Under the pieces are notes generated by a model. That model had not been told where the DNA came from. It saw only the letters and a program-made list of their open reading frames with translations, and searched no databases. A DNA stretch of 56,414 bases, the filler included, from Bipalium vagum (taxonomy: Eukaryota), in the NCBI GenBank assembly GCA_037834085.1. It is 3 parts of 3 records of this genome, joined end to end, with 100 filler letters (N's around TTAATTAATTAA, not from the genome) between each part and the next. Parts side by side here need not be neighbours in the genome. Positions count along the whole stretch, not along the records: positions 1 to 21,283 come from JBBMKC010239646.1; 2 more parts are not named here. One strand, 5' to 3'. A program made the translations under genes and the position numbers. This document shows, piece by piece, positions 1 through 12,972 of this stretch (position 1 is its first letter; each line of letters begins with the position of its first letter).

Positions 1-675
1 GTAGTATTAGTATTTATACCTTATTTATAGTTTTTTATTGTTTATTTTTCTCCCGGGGGTGTCTTGGTACACCTAACAAAATAATAAACTAAAATTATTT
101 TAAAACCAAATATTATTTTAAAATTACAAATTCTACTAATATTAGATCAAAATTTTAATTTTGAATCAGGTTTAATATATCTTTTTCTTTTAATTCTATT
201 TTTAATATTAAATAAGATAATTAAAGAATTATTAATTTATTATATTAATATTAAAAAGATACAGATTAAAATATAATTCGAAAACAATGTGTAATTCCCA
301 GTTCATATGAAAGAATTAAAGCATCTAAATCAATGAAAATAAACTTAAATTTGATAAAACTTTTTTGAACCCTTACAAAAAAAATAATTTTATATAAACA
401 TAAAACCAAAATCATTTCTGTAAACTATATAAATATAATATCAAAAGTTTGGGAAGCTTAATTCTCAAAAGAAAATAATTTATTAAATATTTTAGAATTT
501 GAAACCAAAAAATTACAAGGAATATATTATTCAAAATAAATTAGTAGAAACAGAAACAGAATTATGATTGAATTTAATATTGTTGAAGGAGCTTATTATT
601 ATGTAATGATGAAAAAACTAAGTGCGTAAAGATTTTTTGTTCAATAAATGACTTGTGCAATTTTGTATAAAATTT

Positions 676-689
<14 letters not shown>

Positions 690-713
<24 letters not shown>

Positions 714-720
714 TCATTAA

Positions 721-767
<47 letters not shown>
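690..767. repeat. (TTA)n microsatellite
   Basis: Direct run of tta/att triplets; explains the poly-N ORF at 641..823. Confidence 0.95.
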
Positions 768-769
<2 letters not shown>

Positions 770-2194
770 ATAAATTAAAATAAAAATTACTTTCAAATAA
801 AATGGTTCAATCGTTGCGTTCAAATATTGTAAAATTCGTGTTCTATTTATGTGAACTTATGACTTCCGTTATTGATTGGATATTTTTTGAAATTTAACCT
901 GATGGTAATATTTGTTTAATTTTGTAAAAAAGTATTTTTATGCCGCCTGGTCAGTCTTGCACTGACCCTATATATTTTTCAAACATAAGTTACTGCTATT
1001 TTTTAATCATATCATTTCTTATAATTTTTTTTCCTAATTCTTATTCCTTTTTTTATTATTTTTTTACATTTTTTTACCTTAAATTTTATATTTATAGCAA
1101 ATTGACTCTTTCTATTTTTTTTAATCAAACAAACTTTTGAAACTTAGATCTCACCTTTTATTATTAAATTATTAAACGTAACATTACAATTTTTAAAAAC
1201 TTTAAATTAAAAACATTTAATAATTGTTAATTTAGGCGTGAGGTCCTTATTTAAAAAAATTCAAAAAAACTTATTGTTCGAATCACTTCTTATAAGCATG
1301 ATTAAAACTAAACACAACACAAAATAAAAATTATATTACTATAATCATTTGTATGGATCACTAAAAAATTCTTAGTTCTTTCTAAGTCTCCACAAATTTA
1401 ATTTAATAATTTTAAATATTAAACTTACATGAGAAATTGTGATATAATCGAAAATAGGTTTACACTTTTTGATGATATTATAGGGGAGGATTATAATAGT
1501 ACCAATTTAGGAATAAAGAACTAGTCATGTAACATTATAGGAATTTTAAATAAAAATGCATTTCAGCCTAATGGACTTCAACCATTTCAATCCAACCTAA
1601 ACTGAACTAATGATTTGTGTAATTTAAAATGGAAAATATATGTTAGAAAGAAACCAAGTCATTATGAATTACATAATCTTTTAATATATTTTAATATATT
1701 AATAAAAATAGATAAAAAGATAATTAAGTATGTGGTAAATTCTAGCATGCTTTTCATGAAACTTAGAAATGAAATTTAAATTTATTAAATTAAGATTAAT
1801 TTTTATCTACCTTATTACTTCCAGTCAAAAATGTAGAAGTTTGGTTGTTTCATTTTCTCTCTTATTGTAATAACTTCGAAATAAAAAACCTTTTATATAT
1901 TTTATAAATTTTTTGGCTTTTTAAAATGTTTACTCTATAGGTAGATTCATTATTTATTATTTCACGCATTTTAAATTAATTATGCGTCATTAAATTAATT
2001 TGAATATAATTTTATTAACATGTAAAATCTTTTAAGCATAAATAAATATAATATTGATTTAACTTTTTAATTAAATTTATATTTTATTTGTATATTTAAA
2101 AATATTTGTGAGCATAAAGTAATTAGATCTGAAAGAAATTAAACAATAATTTAAATTTAAACTAAATTTGTTTTATTGCATATAAATTTTAAAT

Positions 2195-4811
2195 ATGAGT
2201 AAGAAAGTAACACCCCAAGGTTTATACTTAAAAGATTTAAGAAAGAAAGCAAATGGAAATGTCTATGATATACAAGCAGCTAATATTAAATTTAAACTTT
2301 TAAGTATATCCGAGAAAGATCACTATGAAGTATCAGCTAAACGAATTAACGAAAAAAATCAATCAGAAATAGTTTTTACAACTCAGCGTGATACACTTGG
2401 AAATAATTTAAAGGTTGTATTTATATTTAAATTTTTTGTATTTTAAAATGATATTTTTACACGTATAGGAAGTTTCTGAAATAAACAAAAGAAAAGCTGA
2501 TTGGGAAATCAATAGTTTGAATAATATTTTAGCGATGGGTACATCTAAAGATATTTTGCACAAAGAATTCTACACCATAAAAATTTCTGGAGCTGAATTT
2601 TGTAGAAGTGATAGCAATAAGCCTTGTTTTGTGACAAGTGAAATATGTCTTATTAAATTCAGTTTTATGAAGGGCATTATTGATCAATTGATATTATTTC
2701 CTGACATTATCAAAGTTGCTGCTGGTTATAGACAAAATTTATATGAAGATTGTAAGTGGTTTAATTAATGGTTACGTTTTAAGTTAAATGATTAACAATT
2801 AAATAATTTGCACAAAAGGAGATTGGAATTTTGAAACTTTTACGTGAAATAATTTATTTAATGTTATCTTACTATTTTACTTTAAATTTTCAGCATTTAT
2901 TTTTAAAAGGTAGTTTTATCTTTGGTAAATTGTTACATAATATTGTAAAAACTTATTTAATGATAATTTGAAAAATACTTTATTTTCCAATCAATAATCG
3001 TAAAATTATCAATTTAAATAAGTTAAGCTGTAGCCACTTATTTGGGATTTGATGGGATCTCTTTATTATTTATTATCAACAGCTCGTCTCTTAACTGTTG
3101 TATTTTGTTAGGATGGGTAATATTATTTGGATTTACTTGTATTCGATTATCCATTAAGACATGATTTTGATACATTTTAAGTTAAAATTGCGAAAATTTA
3201 CCATTAGTCAAGATATGATTAATTTTTTAATTACCTTTCACCACCATCTATCAGAAAATTGGAAAATCTGTCGTTGATAGCACTTCCTTGCCATATGTTC
3301 GAAAACGCCATCTATGTATGTTTTTATGGTGTATAATAAATCCAATTCTCTTCCACATAAGGAATTTTGTAGCGATCGGAATATGTAGTATCTTATAGGT
3401 GAAATGTGATTTTGGTACATGAGCCGTGCAAGATCTCAGATATGTTCCACTGACTAGTTGTTGTACAATCAATCAAACGTGCGGTTTATAATTATTATGC
3501 AAGACAATGCTTCTCTGTTTTGCTAATTATGATCGCTTAGAATCGACAGTCGTGCACAGTTAATCATAGCCGATTATTGATAAGCTTTATTAATAAAATT
3601 AAGCAAAAAATATTCGGAGTTTTCCAAATAATCCAATACTTAAAACAACGATAGATAAATGGTTCAATGTGTTTGAAGGGTAGCGAATCATTAAAAAAAA
3701 TAAGTTTTTTTATGACAAAGGCCTTCGGGCTTTTATTTATTATCTTTTTGTTTGGTTTTTGAAATTTCTGACTTTGTTCCAATTTGATCAGTGGAAGAAA
3801 ACGTTGGATGGAAGCCGGAAACATTTAGAAATAATCATTCCATAGAAGAATCGATCATTGAAATAAGGCGGTTTTTTAATGGAAAATACGATCCGATTTA
3901 TGTTCCCACCAAGGACCACCGTGATGAAGTAGGATCTGCTCTGTACACTCTTTACACTGAAAATCAAATGACCTGTCCATGGTTAGAGTCCTATGATGAT
4001 TGGGGCAAGAATTGCTCTATTTATCAATTGGAACAATTGATTTTATCTGTATTGAATCGATCAAACATTGCAGAAGTAAATTTAATAAAATCACTATCAT
4101 AATGTTTCTTATCTTTGGTGCGTTTCTCGACATTGTGATTTTCTGTAGGGCTTGTCTAGCGTTGCTATAGTACTGGATTTCTGGTCAAAAATGAAAGTAG
4201 AAATGGCTCCCGAAACCTGCCAAAGACATTTACAATATGGATTGGCCAATCAATGCGCCACAAATATTCTCTTGAAATATCTCTACGGCAGTTTTTTGAT
4301 GCTCCTTTTGCCGGAAATGCCCGAAATCCGTTCTCTTGTTAGTGAAGACTTCTATAGAGATATGGATCATATTGCACCTATAGATGTATATTTGATATTG
4401 ATTATTGTGAGCCTTACGAATTTTTTCCCGCTTTTCTATATAGGCCAATGACGATTTGGAGACAGTCGAGTTGCCGAAATCAAATAACGTTGTTTGGAAC
4501 GATTATTTTTTCGACAAAACCGGAATAGAAGATGTCATTTCGGGTATGAATGGAATTACAATTAAAAGCGAGTATGGATTCTTTCTATCAAAATCGATGA
4601 AATTGATTTTTTTTTAAAAATAGCTTTAACTCTTCATCGTCTACATACAAGGTTGGATTATCGAATTTTTAAATTTTGTTTCATAATAATGTTTAAGAAA
4701 CCAATGGAATTGGGTCGAGGCAGAGGAATCGGAAAAAAACCAGATAATAACAAAGTTCCAGGATTTACGGAGTCCAATCGGAAGAAGAAATTACCAAAAG
4801 TTGTATGTTGA
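2195..4811 (+). CDS. mael: Maelstrom homolog (HMG-box-like N-terminus + MAEL RNase H-fold domain), piRNA pathway; spliced, about 7 exons
   Basis: Frame-consistent GT-AG splicing: exons 2195-2413, 2469-2751, 3792-4075 and 4149-4385, then about 4444-4571, 4624-4651 and 4698-4811 (last three less certain). HMG-like N-terminus (..KFKLLSISEKDHYEVSAKR). MAEL signature SEICLIKFSFMKGI...FP....GY and C-terminal C-x2-H-x8-C (TCQRHLQYGLANQCA), which together give the ECHC zinc motif. GRGRG in the tail; AATAAA about 10 nt after the stop. Confidence 0.85.
3230..3660 (-). mobile_element. Decayed mariner transposase fragment inside maelstrom intron 2
   Basis: The minus strand reads ..IVLHNNYKPH.. (cf. ILHHDNARPH) and ..YYIFRSLQNSLCG..IKTYIDGVF..FSDRW, the mariner C-terminal pattern. 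Frameshifted. Confidence 0.7.
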
Positions 4812-6496
4812 TGTCTGTCAAATAAAAAATTTCAATTTTTAATTTCTTTCATTTTATGACGTTTTTAATACATTGATATTGATAATTACATGTCGGCATA
4901 TTTTATTAGTTGAAAAATTGAGCTTAATAATCGAATAATTATAAATAAAAAATAATTCAATACAGGTTTATGCAAAAGTATATATATTTAATATTCAAAA
5001 TTTATAGAAAATTATTCAGAAATATAGACTAAATATTCGATTGTTTCTATTTGAATTTGATCGCATTATGGTCAACCAAAGTACTGTCTCAAGAATTTTA
5101 CGTGACATGAATTACCAGAATGCAAATAGCCAGAGTTCCCGAAGAGAGAAATAATTTTGCTTCACTAAAGTGGTGTGACATTTTTTAAAGAATCAAACAT
5201 CTCATAATGTCAAACTGTGCCTATCTAACCTTCACGAATTCCTGTGTCGTGAACAGTTCGACTTTTTCCTTCTTATTTGTACTCTTACTCCATAATACAC
5301 ACCTTGAACTCTATGTTCTTACATTAAATGCAGCTTTTATTCAAATATCTTATTTTTATTTTTCGTGTTAAAATAAGACAATTTTGATCATCAGTACGAC
5401 GACAATAATGGACAATATTATGAATCTCTCGCTGACGTTTTTTGGACTTTGATCAGAAGAATTATTTTAAAATACATTTTATTTATTTCGAACACAACAA
5501 TGTTTTATTATTTACATTTTTATTTTTTTTATATAATATGCTAAAGTGGGAAAACGTAATTGTTAAATAAATCTACCTGTGATATTTAGTTTATGTTGTT
5601 AAAACTTATGACTTCTATGACAGCTTTAAAAAGATAAGATGCTCAGAATAGAACTTCAGAATAAGGAAGTGGATAGAAAACAAGGCCATATATAAAAACT
5701 AGACGGAGAAAAGGACCTCAAATTTTTAGAAATATTTTTTATAATCAATACACGTCTCCCTAACTATTTAAAATTTTTTTCAGTTGATACGCTCGTTCAA
5801 AAAATTTTTTAAAATATTGGACATTTATTTTTTTGAGTCCAATCCCTTATGTATTTATATCTACTACAGATTTTTTTACTTTTTACGGTACTTCTCAAAA
5901 ATCAAAAATTCTTCTTAAAAAATGATCTCATCATTTCTGTGGTATTTGTCAAAAATATTGTAAAACATTTAAGATTTACTTTCTCATAAAGAAATCTAAA
6001 ACACAGGTAAATTAAATAAGGTTATTTACCGTTCTCGTACCCCCAAATTGAGGTTTGTTTTAATTCTTCATTTTAATCATTTATCACTAGATTATTTTAA
6101 TTAATAAATTTTAATATTTTTATAATTTTTAAATGTCATTACAATGTTATAATGAAAACTTTTTTAGATGAAGTTCAAGTTATAGCCTCCACAAATAAAA
6201 ACTTATGTAATATATGCTCATTCAATATTCCAGATAATATTATGGTTCAGAGTTCACTAAATCATTCACACAGGAATGAAGAAAATTTACCATTGTGGCA
6301 TATGTAATATTAACGAAACAGATAAGAGTTAGAGAAATGTTGCTTTCTATAATAAATGGTAAATTTTAAAAAATTGTTATGTTACTATAAACTTATTATT
6401 TAAGTAATTGTTTGAATAATATAAATCGTGATAAGAATTTCAACATTTTTAAAATTGATAAATATTTTTTCGCAGAGGTAAATATAGTCGTATTTA

Positions 6497-8081
6497 CACT
6501 GCCGTCCATAAGTTTAATCGGACTTAATAAAATAGCTTTTTTATAACAAAATGGTACCATTCTAAGATTTTTTAAGATAACGATAAAATAAATAATTTTA
6601 AAACACTTTAATTTTTTTATAAAAAATAACACGTATTATTACACAACAAGCACATTAACTAACATTTAAATTATTTTCTGTTTTCATCAAAATGACCACC
6701 TCTAGATTTAATAAGAGCCTGACGTATTCTAGGTAGTCTGTCACACAAATTTTGTAAGTACTGACCATCAACAGATTCCCAAATACTTTTAAGTGATAAC
6801 CAAAGATTGTTTTTTCCACTTGGAGGATTTTTTCGCACCTCTCTATCCAAATGATCCCAGAGTTGTTCTATTGGGTTGCAATCAGGGATTTGAGATGGCC
6901 AGGTAAACCTTCTTCGGATTTCTCTCTTAAATACTCCTTTACCACTTTAGCAGTGTGTTTTGGATCGTCGTCCTGCTGGAAAAAAGAATCCTTCGCCAAT
7001 TAATTCTGCTCCACAATTCAAAGCATGTTTCTTTAAAAATGTCCAAGTAGACTTCTTTCGTCATTCTTCCATCAATTTTCACAAGTCTTCTGACTTGTCC
7101 ACCCCCAAAACAACCCCAAACCATGATGTTTCCTCCCCCATGCTTAATAGTTTGCACTGTACACTCTTTCAGCATAATTTCCCAAGGCCGACGACGGTAA
7201 AATGATCAACGCTTATTGCCAAAAATTTCGATTCGTCTGACCAAAGAACTTTATTCCAGTCTTCCGGTGTCCAGTTATTATGTTCTTTGGTCCAGGTTAA
7301 TCGCTTTTGTTTATGGGCTTTTGTTAGACGTGGTTTTTGACTGATATACAGCCTCTTAGGCCGACATCAAGCAAACGCCGTTTTACTGTAGTGGTGCTGA
7401 TTTTTGTTTCATGAGAGATATTGAAATTATCAGTGATTTCTGAAGCTGAACTTCGGCGATTTCTCAAAGAACTGATCATAATATACCGGTCTTCCTGTTT
7501 TGAGGTTGAACTAGGTCTTCGGATCGATTGCGGTCATGGAATGATCCTGTTTCTTCTTTCCTTTTGATTGTTTGACGTAACGTAGATCAATTTCTCGGTT
7601 GAAAAAACCCAGATAATGCAAAATGTAGATTTCTACTATTCTTTCTAAGCTTAATTCCTTGCTTCTGGCCATTTTGAAAAATTATTTATTGAATTGAAAT
7701 GGCTTTTTAAAGTATAATAAATATTTGTTTTCAAATTTTTATAAAGTATTTTCAACAGACTTAAATTAAGGCTAAATTCAGTAAGTTTTGTTTAATTTCA
7801 ATTATAAAACACTCTTAAAAGCTTGCATAGACATTCTGATAATAAACATAGCTATAATAATTTTATCGGATTGTTTAATGTGATAAATAATTTTATATAT
7901 CATTTTTTATATATTACTTATATTTTATTAATACTGGCGTCATAAAATTTGATAATATATCTTGGTTTATAATATAGCTACCATATATTAATGTAAATTT
8001 GTCTATATCATCTCTTTTTTAAGTTTTAAAACAACATGAATCAAATTCTTTCAGGTGCGATTAAACTTATGGACGGTAGTG
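6497..8081 (-). mobile_element. Full-length but inactivated Tc1-like DNA transposon (about 1.6 kb)
   Basis: TIRs CACTGCCGTCCATAAGTTTAATCG (6497) and CGATTAAACTTATGGACGGTAGTG (ends 8081), each flanked by TA. Transposase on - from the ATG at 7672, with VLWSDES, TIKHGGGNIMVWGCF, FQQDDDPKH and QIPDCNPIEQLW motifs, broken by frameshifts and stops. Confidence 0.93.
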
Positions 8082-8464
8082 TATAAAAAACAAGGTACTT
8101 AATTACATATTATTATTATATGTAATTATTAGTATATAATAATTATTAGTTGATTCAAAGATTAAATAGAATTTCCCGTTAATTTCAAGTAATTACTATA
8201 TACTATATTTAAGGTCGAAAAACAGTTTAAGTTTGACGAGTCAGACAACTGGATGACATTTAAATTTTTTTAATAGATTTGGTTATAATTACGTATAATT
8301 ATGTAATAATTGAAGACAAAACAGTTTAAGATATTGTAGTCAACTAGTTCAATTAAATCAAATAAAACTATTAATAACACTGATTTAAACGAATATCAAT
8401 TTCTTTTTAATTAAGGAAAGAGTAAATAATTTACACATATATTATAGGCCGAGTATAAAGTAAA

Positions 8465-8760
8465 GCCAAGCCTCTATTAATGTGTAGAAAATGCAGCATG
8501 CATGTAGAAACCCATATCCACATCTTAAACCACTGTAAGCTATTCCCTCTAAGTAAAACATAAAAATGTACTATTTAAGAGATATATGATTCGATGTAGA
8601 ATTTGATTTTAAACCTATTGAATCTAAAAATAAAAAACCTCGACCAGGGCTAATTATTAGAAATAAATTCAATAACATATACACTTATTAGATATGAAAG
8701 TGCAAATGATATAGAAATAAATTTAAAAACCTCATGAGACCTAAAAAATGACAGTCGTAA
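8465..8760 (+). mobile_element. 3' fragment of an RLE-type non-LTR retrotransposon (CCHC knuckle + start of restriction-like endonuclease)
   Basis: Translates CRKCSMHVETHIHILNHCK (CCHC), followed by KPRPGLII..LDMK (degenerate PD..D.K). Confidence 0.6.
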
Positions 8761-9539
8761 AAAGATAGATTTAAATAGAAATCAAATCAACATCCTTTCA
8801 AATTCCAAACAAAAATTATTTTAAGTTAATTAAAAAACTTTTTTATGGTTGTGACCTATGCCAAAATGGTCTGAAAAATTATTTTTCAAATAACTATAAG
8901 ACAAATATTTAAATTTTAAATCTATGTATTTTTTTATATTGATTTTAGATATATCATCTTATAATAACACTTTTTCTAACCCCCAGGAATATGAAAATAC
9001 TGGGTATATACTACAGTATAGCCCTTTTAATATTAGACTAATCGTAAATAAGGATATTTATATATTCATCATAAAAAGACTTTCAAAAAGATTCCCAGTT
9101 CAAATAAGTATTAGAACAACCAGAACTATGTTTCATTGCATAGTCACCCAAATACGAATAAATCCCACAAAAAGTAAAAATATAAATATCAATGTGATTA
9201 AAAATTAAAATAATTTAAATTTATCAGCATGTCTAAAAGGAAATCCGATATCCCCTCAACATTTATTTATTTATAACGTAATTTAAAAACAATCTTTAAG
9301 GTAAAACCCACCATTCTTTAAATAGTACTTCGCGGGTATTTGGAAATTCATTTTTAAATAATTTGACTTACATTGTTCCGTAAATAAATTTATTCCTCTT
9401 TGTAAACTCAAGAACAGTGTTTGAATATTTCAATCATTCCATTTACATTCTAGTTTTTATCTTAGTTGCATTCAGCAGAATGAAATCTTCTTCATCTTCA
9501 CATATTTTGCAAAAAAATCAATATATATCCACCAGAGAA

Positions 9540-9980
9540 AGCAATATCACAGTGGTGGTTAAATGGTGTGATTGATGATTTTTGTGGATGGTCTCCTGTC
9601 TCTCAAATCCATAATTGGTAAATTTACTTCAAATAATTTTGTAAATATGTTTCAGAAATACATTGCACCAACTATAAAGTTGAAAATCGAAAAGAAAATT
9701 TTCTTTCAACAAGACAATTGTAGGGCACATACTTCAAGATTGGTACAAGATTACCTAAAATATTCAAATAAACAGGCTATTCAGTGGCCATCTAGAAGTC
9801 CAGATCTCAACATAGTGGAAGATGTCTGGAAAATTATATCAGATTTACAATTACGCGTAACAGACAGTATCCATATAAAAAGGAGACAAGACAAAATATC
9901 ATTGATTCATATGAATTACTAAGACCTCGATTTTGTAAAGTTTTAATGTCCAAAGGGAATTTGTATAATGTGTAATAAAT
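9540..9980 (+). mobile_element. Tc1-like DDE transposase fragment
   Basis: ORF 9572..9922 contains FQQDNCRAHTS and QWPSRSPDLNIVEDVW. Confidence 0.85.
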
Positions 9981-10237
9981 TATTGATAACTCATTGGTGT
10001 GCGAAAAAATTGTCCTTTCTTAATTTTCAATATTTTCATATCTTAAGTTCATGTATCTTAGAAACATTATTAAAAGATTAGATACTTAAAATTTATTTAA
10101 CTAATGTATGTGAGAAAATCCATTAACCTGATCCCATGAAAAATCCCCACGGCGGGATTTTGTCATTAAACAAATGACACAAAAAAATTATTATCATTAA
10201 TTTTAAAATATTCTTATTAATATTATTTAAAATTTAT

Positions 10238-10340
10238 TATTATTATTAATTAAAAATTATTATTATTATTAATTAAAAATTATTATTATTATTAATTAAA
10301 AATTATTATTATTATCATTATTAATTAGAAATTATTATTC
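10238..10340. repeat. Tandem repeat of about 23 bp (ATTATTATTATTATTAATTAAAA) x3-4
   Basis: Direct reading of the repeated unit. Confidence 0.8.
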
Positions 10341-10997
10341 AAAATTATTAGTTTTCAAAACCCAACAATTGAAACAAACCATTTTTTCTTACGAAAAGTG
10401 GTTTTCCATTGATAGACTAGATGGCTGCACAACATATTCAAAGAAAACAAAATATTTATCGTCCGACGCAGCAGAAAAAAGGTGAAGGAATTTATGGTAT
10501 GACCTTTGGTTTTGCCAAATGGTGTCCTGTCATACAAAACATTAGAAAGAAATTTCAAAAGTCCTGCATATATATAAATACTTTTTTGTACAAATTTGTG
10601 AATTAAATTATGGGAAGATCTTCTGGTTCCAACAGGATAATTCCAGAAACCACACGGCAAGGTTAGTTAAGAGTGGACGACTGCTGCGCATCTCTATTGT
10701 TATCAAGGGAGACTCGATCTGAAGACTTAAATATAATGGAGAACATCTGGCAGATCTGTCCCTGATTTTAAGGAAGAAATACAGAAAGCGTTTTTTGTTA
10801 TTCAATACCACCAAATGAGAACTTATTATGAATCTTTATGAGACTTTTAAAAGTTGTTTAGTCAAAGTAATTCTTTTATAATGGTAATGAGAAAAAAAAC
10901 GTTACGTAATTTTTCTAGTTTCTAGATGTCAATAATTAATCTCACCTAAAATAAAAATGTAAATATCATAAATTTAATTAAAAATGTGAATCCAATA

Positions 10998-11400
10998 CAG
11001 TTTATTTCGCTTAACCCGGTTTTTTTGGATAATCCGGTTTTTCGTGAAAACCGCTGAAATATTTCGCAAAACCACGATGCTTCAAAATGTCTAACATATT
11101 CCAGTAATCTATCGTGCGAATTGTAAAGTATTGATGACAAATGTTATCTTTACTGAATTTGTTCATTCAACTGATCAGCAAATGAAGGAAGAAAATCGAA
11201 GGGTATCTATCATTCTCGATCAATGCCCGGCATTTATACCAAATTCTTGCATTGACAAATGTGGAATTGTATTTTCTTCAACCAAATACAACATCCAATA
11301 TTCAGCTTCTAGGTGGTGCAATCATCAATGCAATGAAATATCAGTAAAGAAAGCGTCTTTTGCATAGAATACTACTGTGTCATGAAATCAAATATTCTTT
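10998..11400 (+). mobile_element. pogo/Tigger-like (DDE_1) transposon remnant
   Basis: TA+CAGT.. Tigger-type left end at about 10997. Translation MTNVIFTEFV..DQQMKEENRRVSIILDQCPA, then after a frameshift ..VELYFLQPNTTSNIQ.. (DDE_1 motifs). Confidence 0.75.
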
Positions 11401-12087
11401 TGGATATTCCGGTATTAAAAAACCGCATTAAGTGAATAGTACTGTTCTTAACATTATTTGTGTAAAAATATTAATAAAAAGAAGTACCTACATTCATAAA
11501 ATTTGACATTTTGCTGTAAAAAAATGCTGTTACATGTTACTTTTTCAGATCTGTGGACTTTGTGCTTCGAAATTTTTTTTATTTAAATTAACTGACTACT
11601 TTTTTTTAACCAAAACGTCATTATCGTCAAGTTAAAATTGTTGAGAAACCTATTTAAAAACAACCCCACTCTTATCTTCATCGATAAAGGAAAACAATTC
11701 ATTTCACCGACCTACTTAATATTTAAGAAAGATTTTTTAATTCAACAGCAGTTAACCAGGTTATGATTTTTGTTCAAAAGAACAAAATTTTCAAATTACT
11801 TTTTTATTTCATTCCGGAAACAGATTTAAAAAAACTTCATTCAGTTATAAAAATTTATTATATCAGTTTTTAAATATACTACATTTAAAATTCACATGAC
11901 TTGCACAAATTTACTACAAAAAAAATCTAATTAATAAATTAAGATAAGTGACCTATTTCACTCATAATAACTTAATACACATGTTTTAATTTATTTAAAA
12001 GTATTATGAAATATCACAAAACCCTATTACATATAGTAATACTTAGATAATAAGATAAGACTCAATTTCCAAATTTTATTGAAAGAC

Positions 12088-12647
<560 letters not shown>

Positions 12648-12972
12648 TTTCAAAAGTTCGAATTTATTATATTTAATCTTATTTAAACAATTTTTTTAAG
12701 TTTTTAAAATTAGTTAAAAATTAATCTTAAAATCTAAATTATAATTTTTAAAAAATTTTACTCAAAAGATGCTACAAAACTATATTTTTCATTAATATAA
12801 TTTAAAATTTATTATTAAAATTGTCTAAGATAAGATTTTAAAAATCATATATTAAACAAAAAGTATACAATGATATTAAAAAAAAAAGCTAAAATTTAAA
12901 ATAAGTTAAAAATATGTATTAAACAATAAAAATTATCAAAATTTCAAAGTATTTGTATAATAAAAAATTTTA

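Noticed and set aside
641-1140. ORFs 641..823 and 940..1140, and similar I/L/F/Y/N-rich ORFs (30091, 35231, 36638, 47050)
   Set aside because: Products of microsatellites, low-complexity AT sequence or N gaps.
10123-10850. piggyBac-like remnant (TTAACC start, weak peptide similarity)
   Set aside because: No matching right end or clear DDD motif; too degenerate to call.
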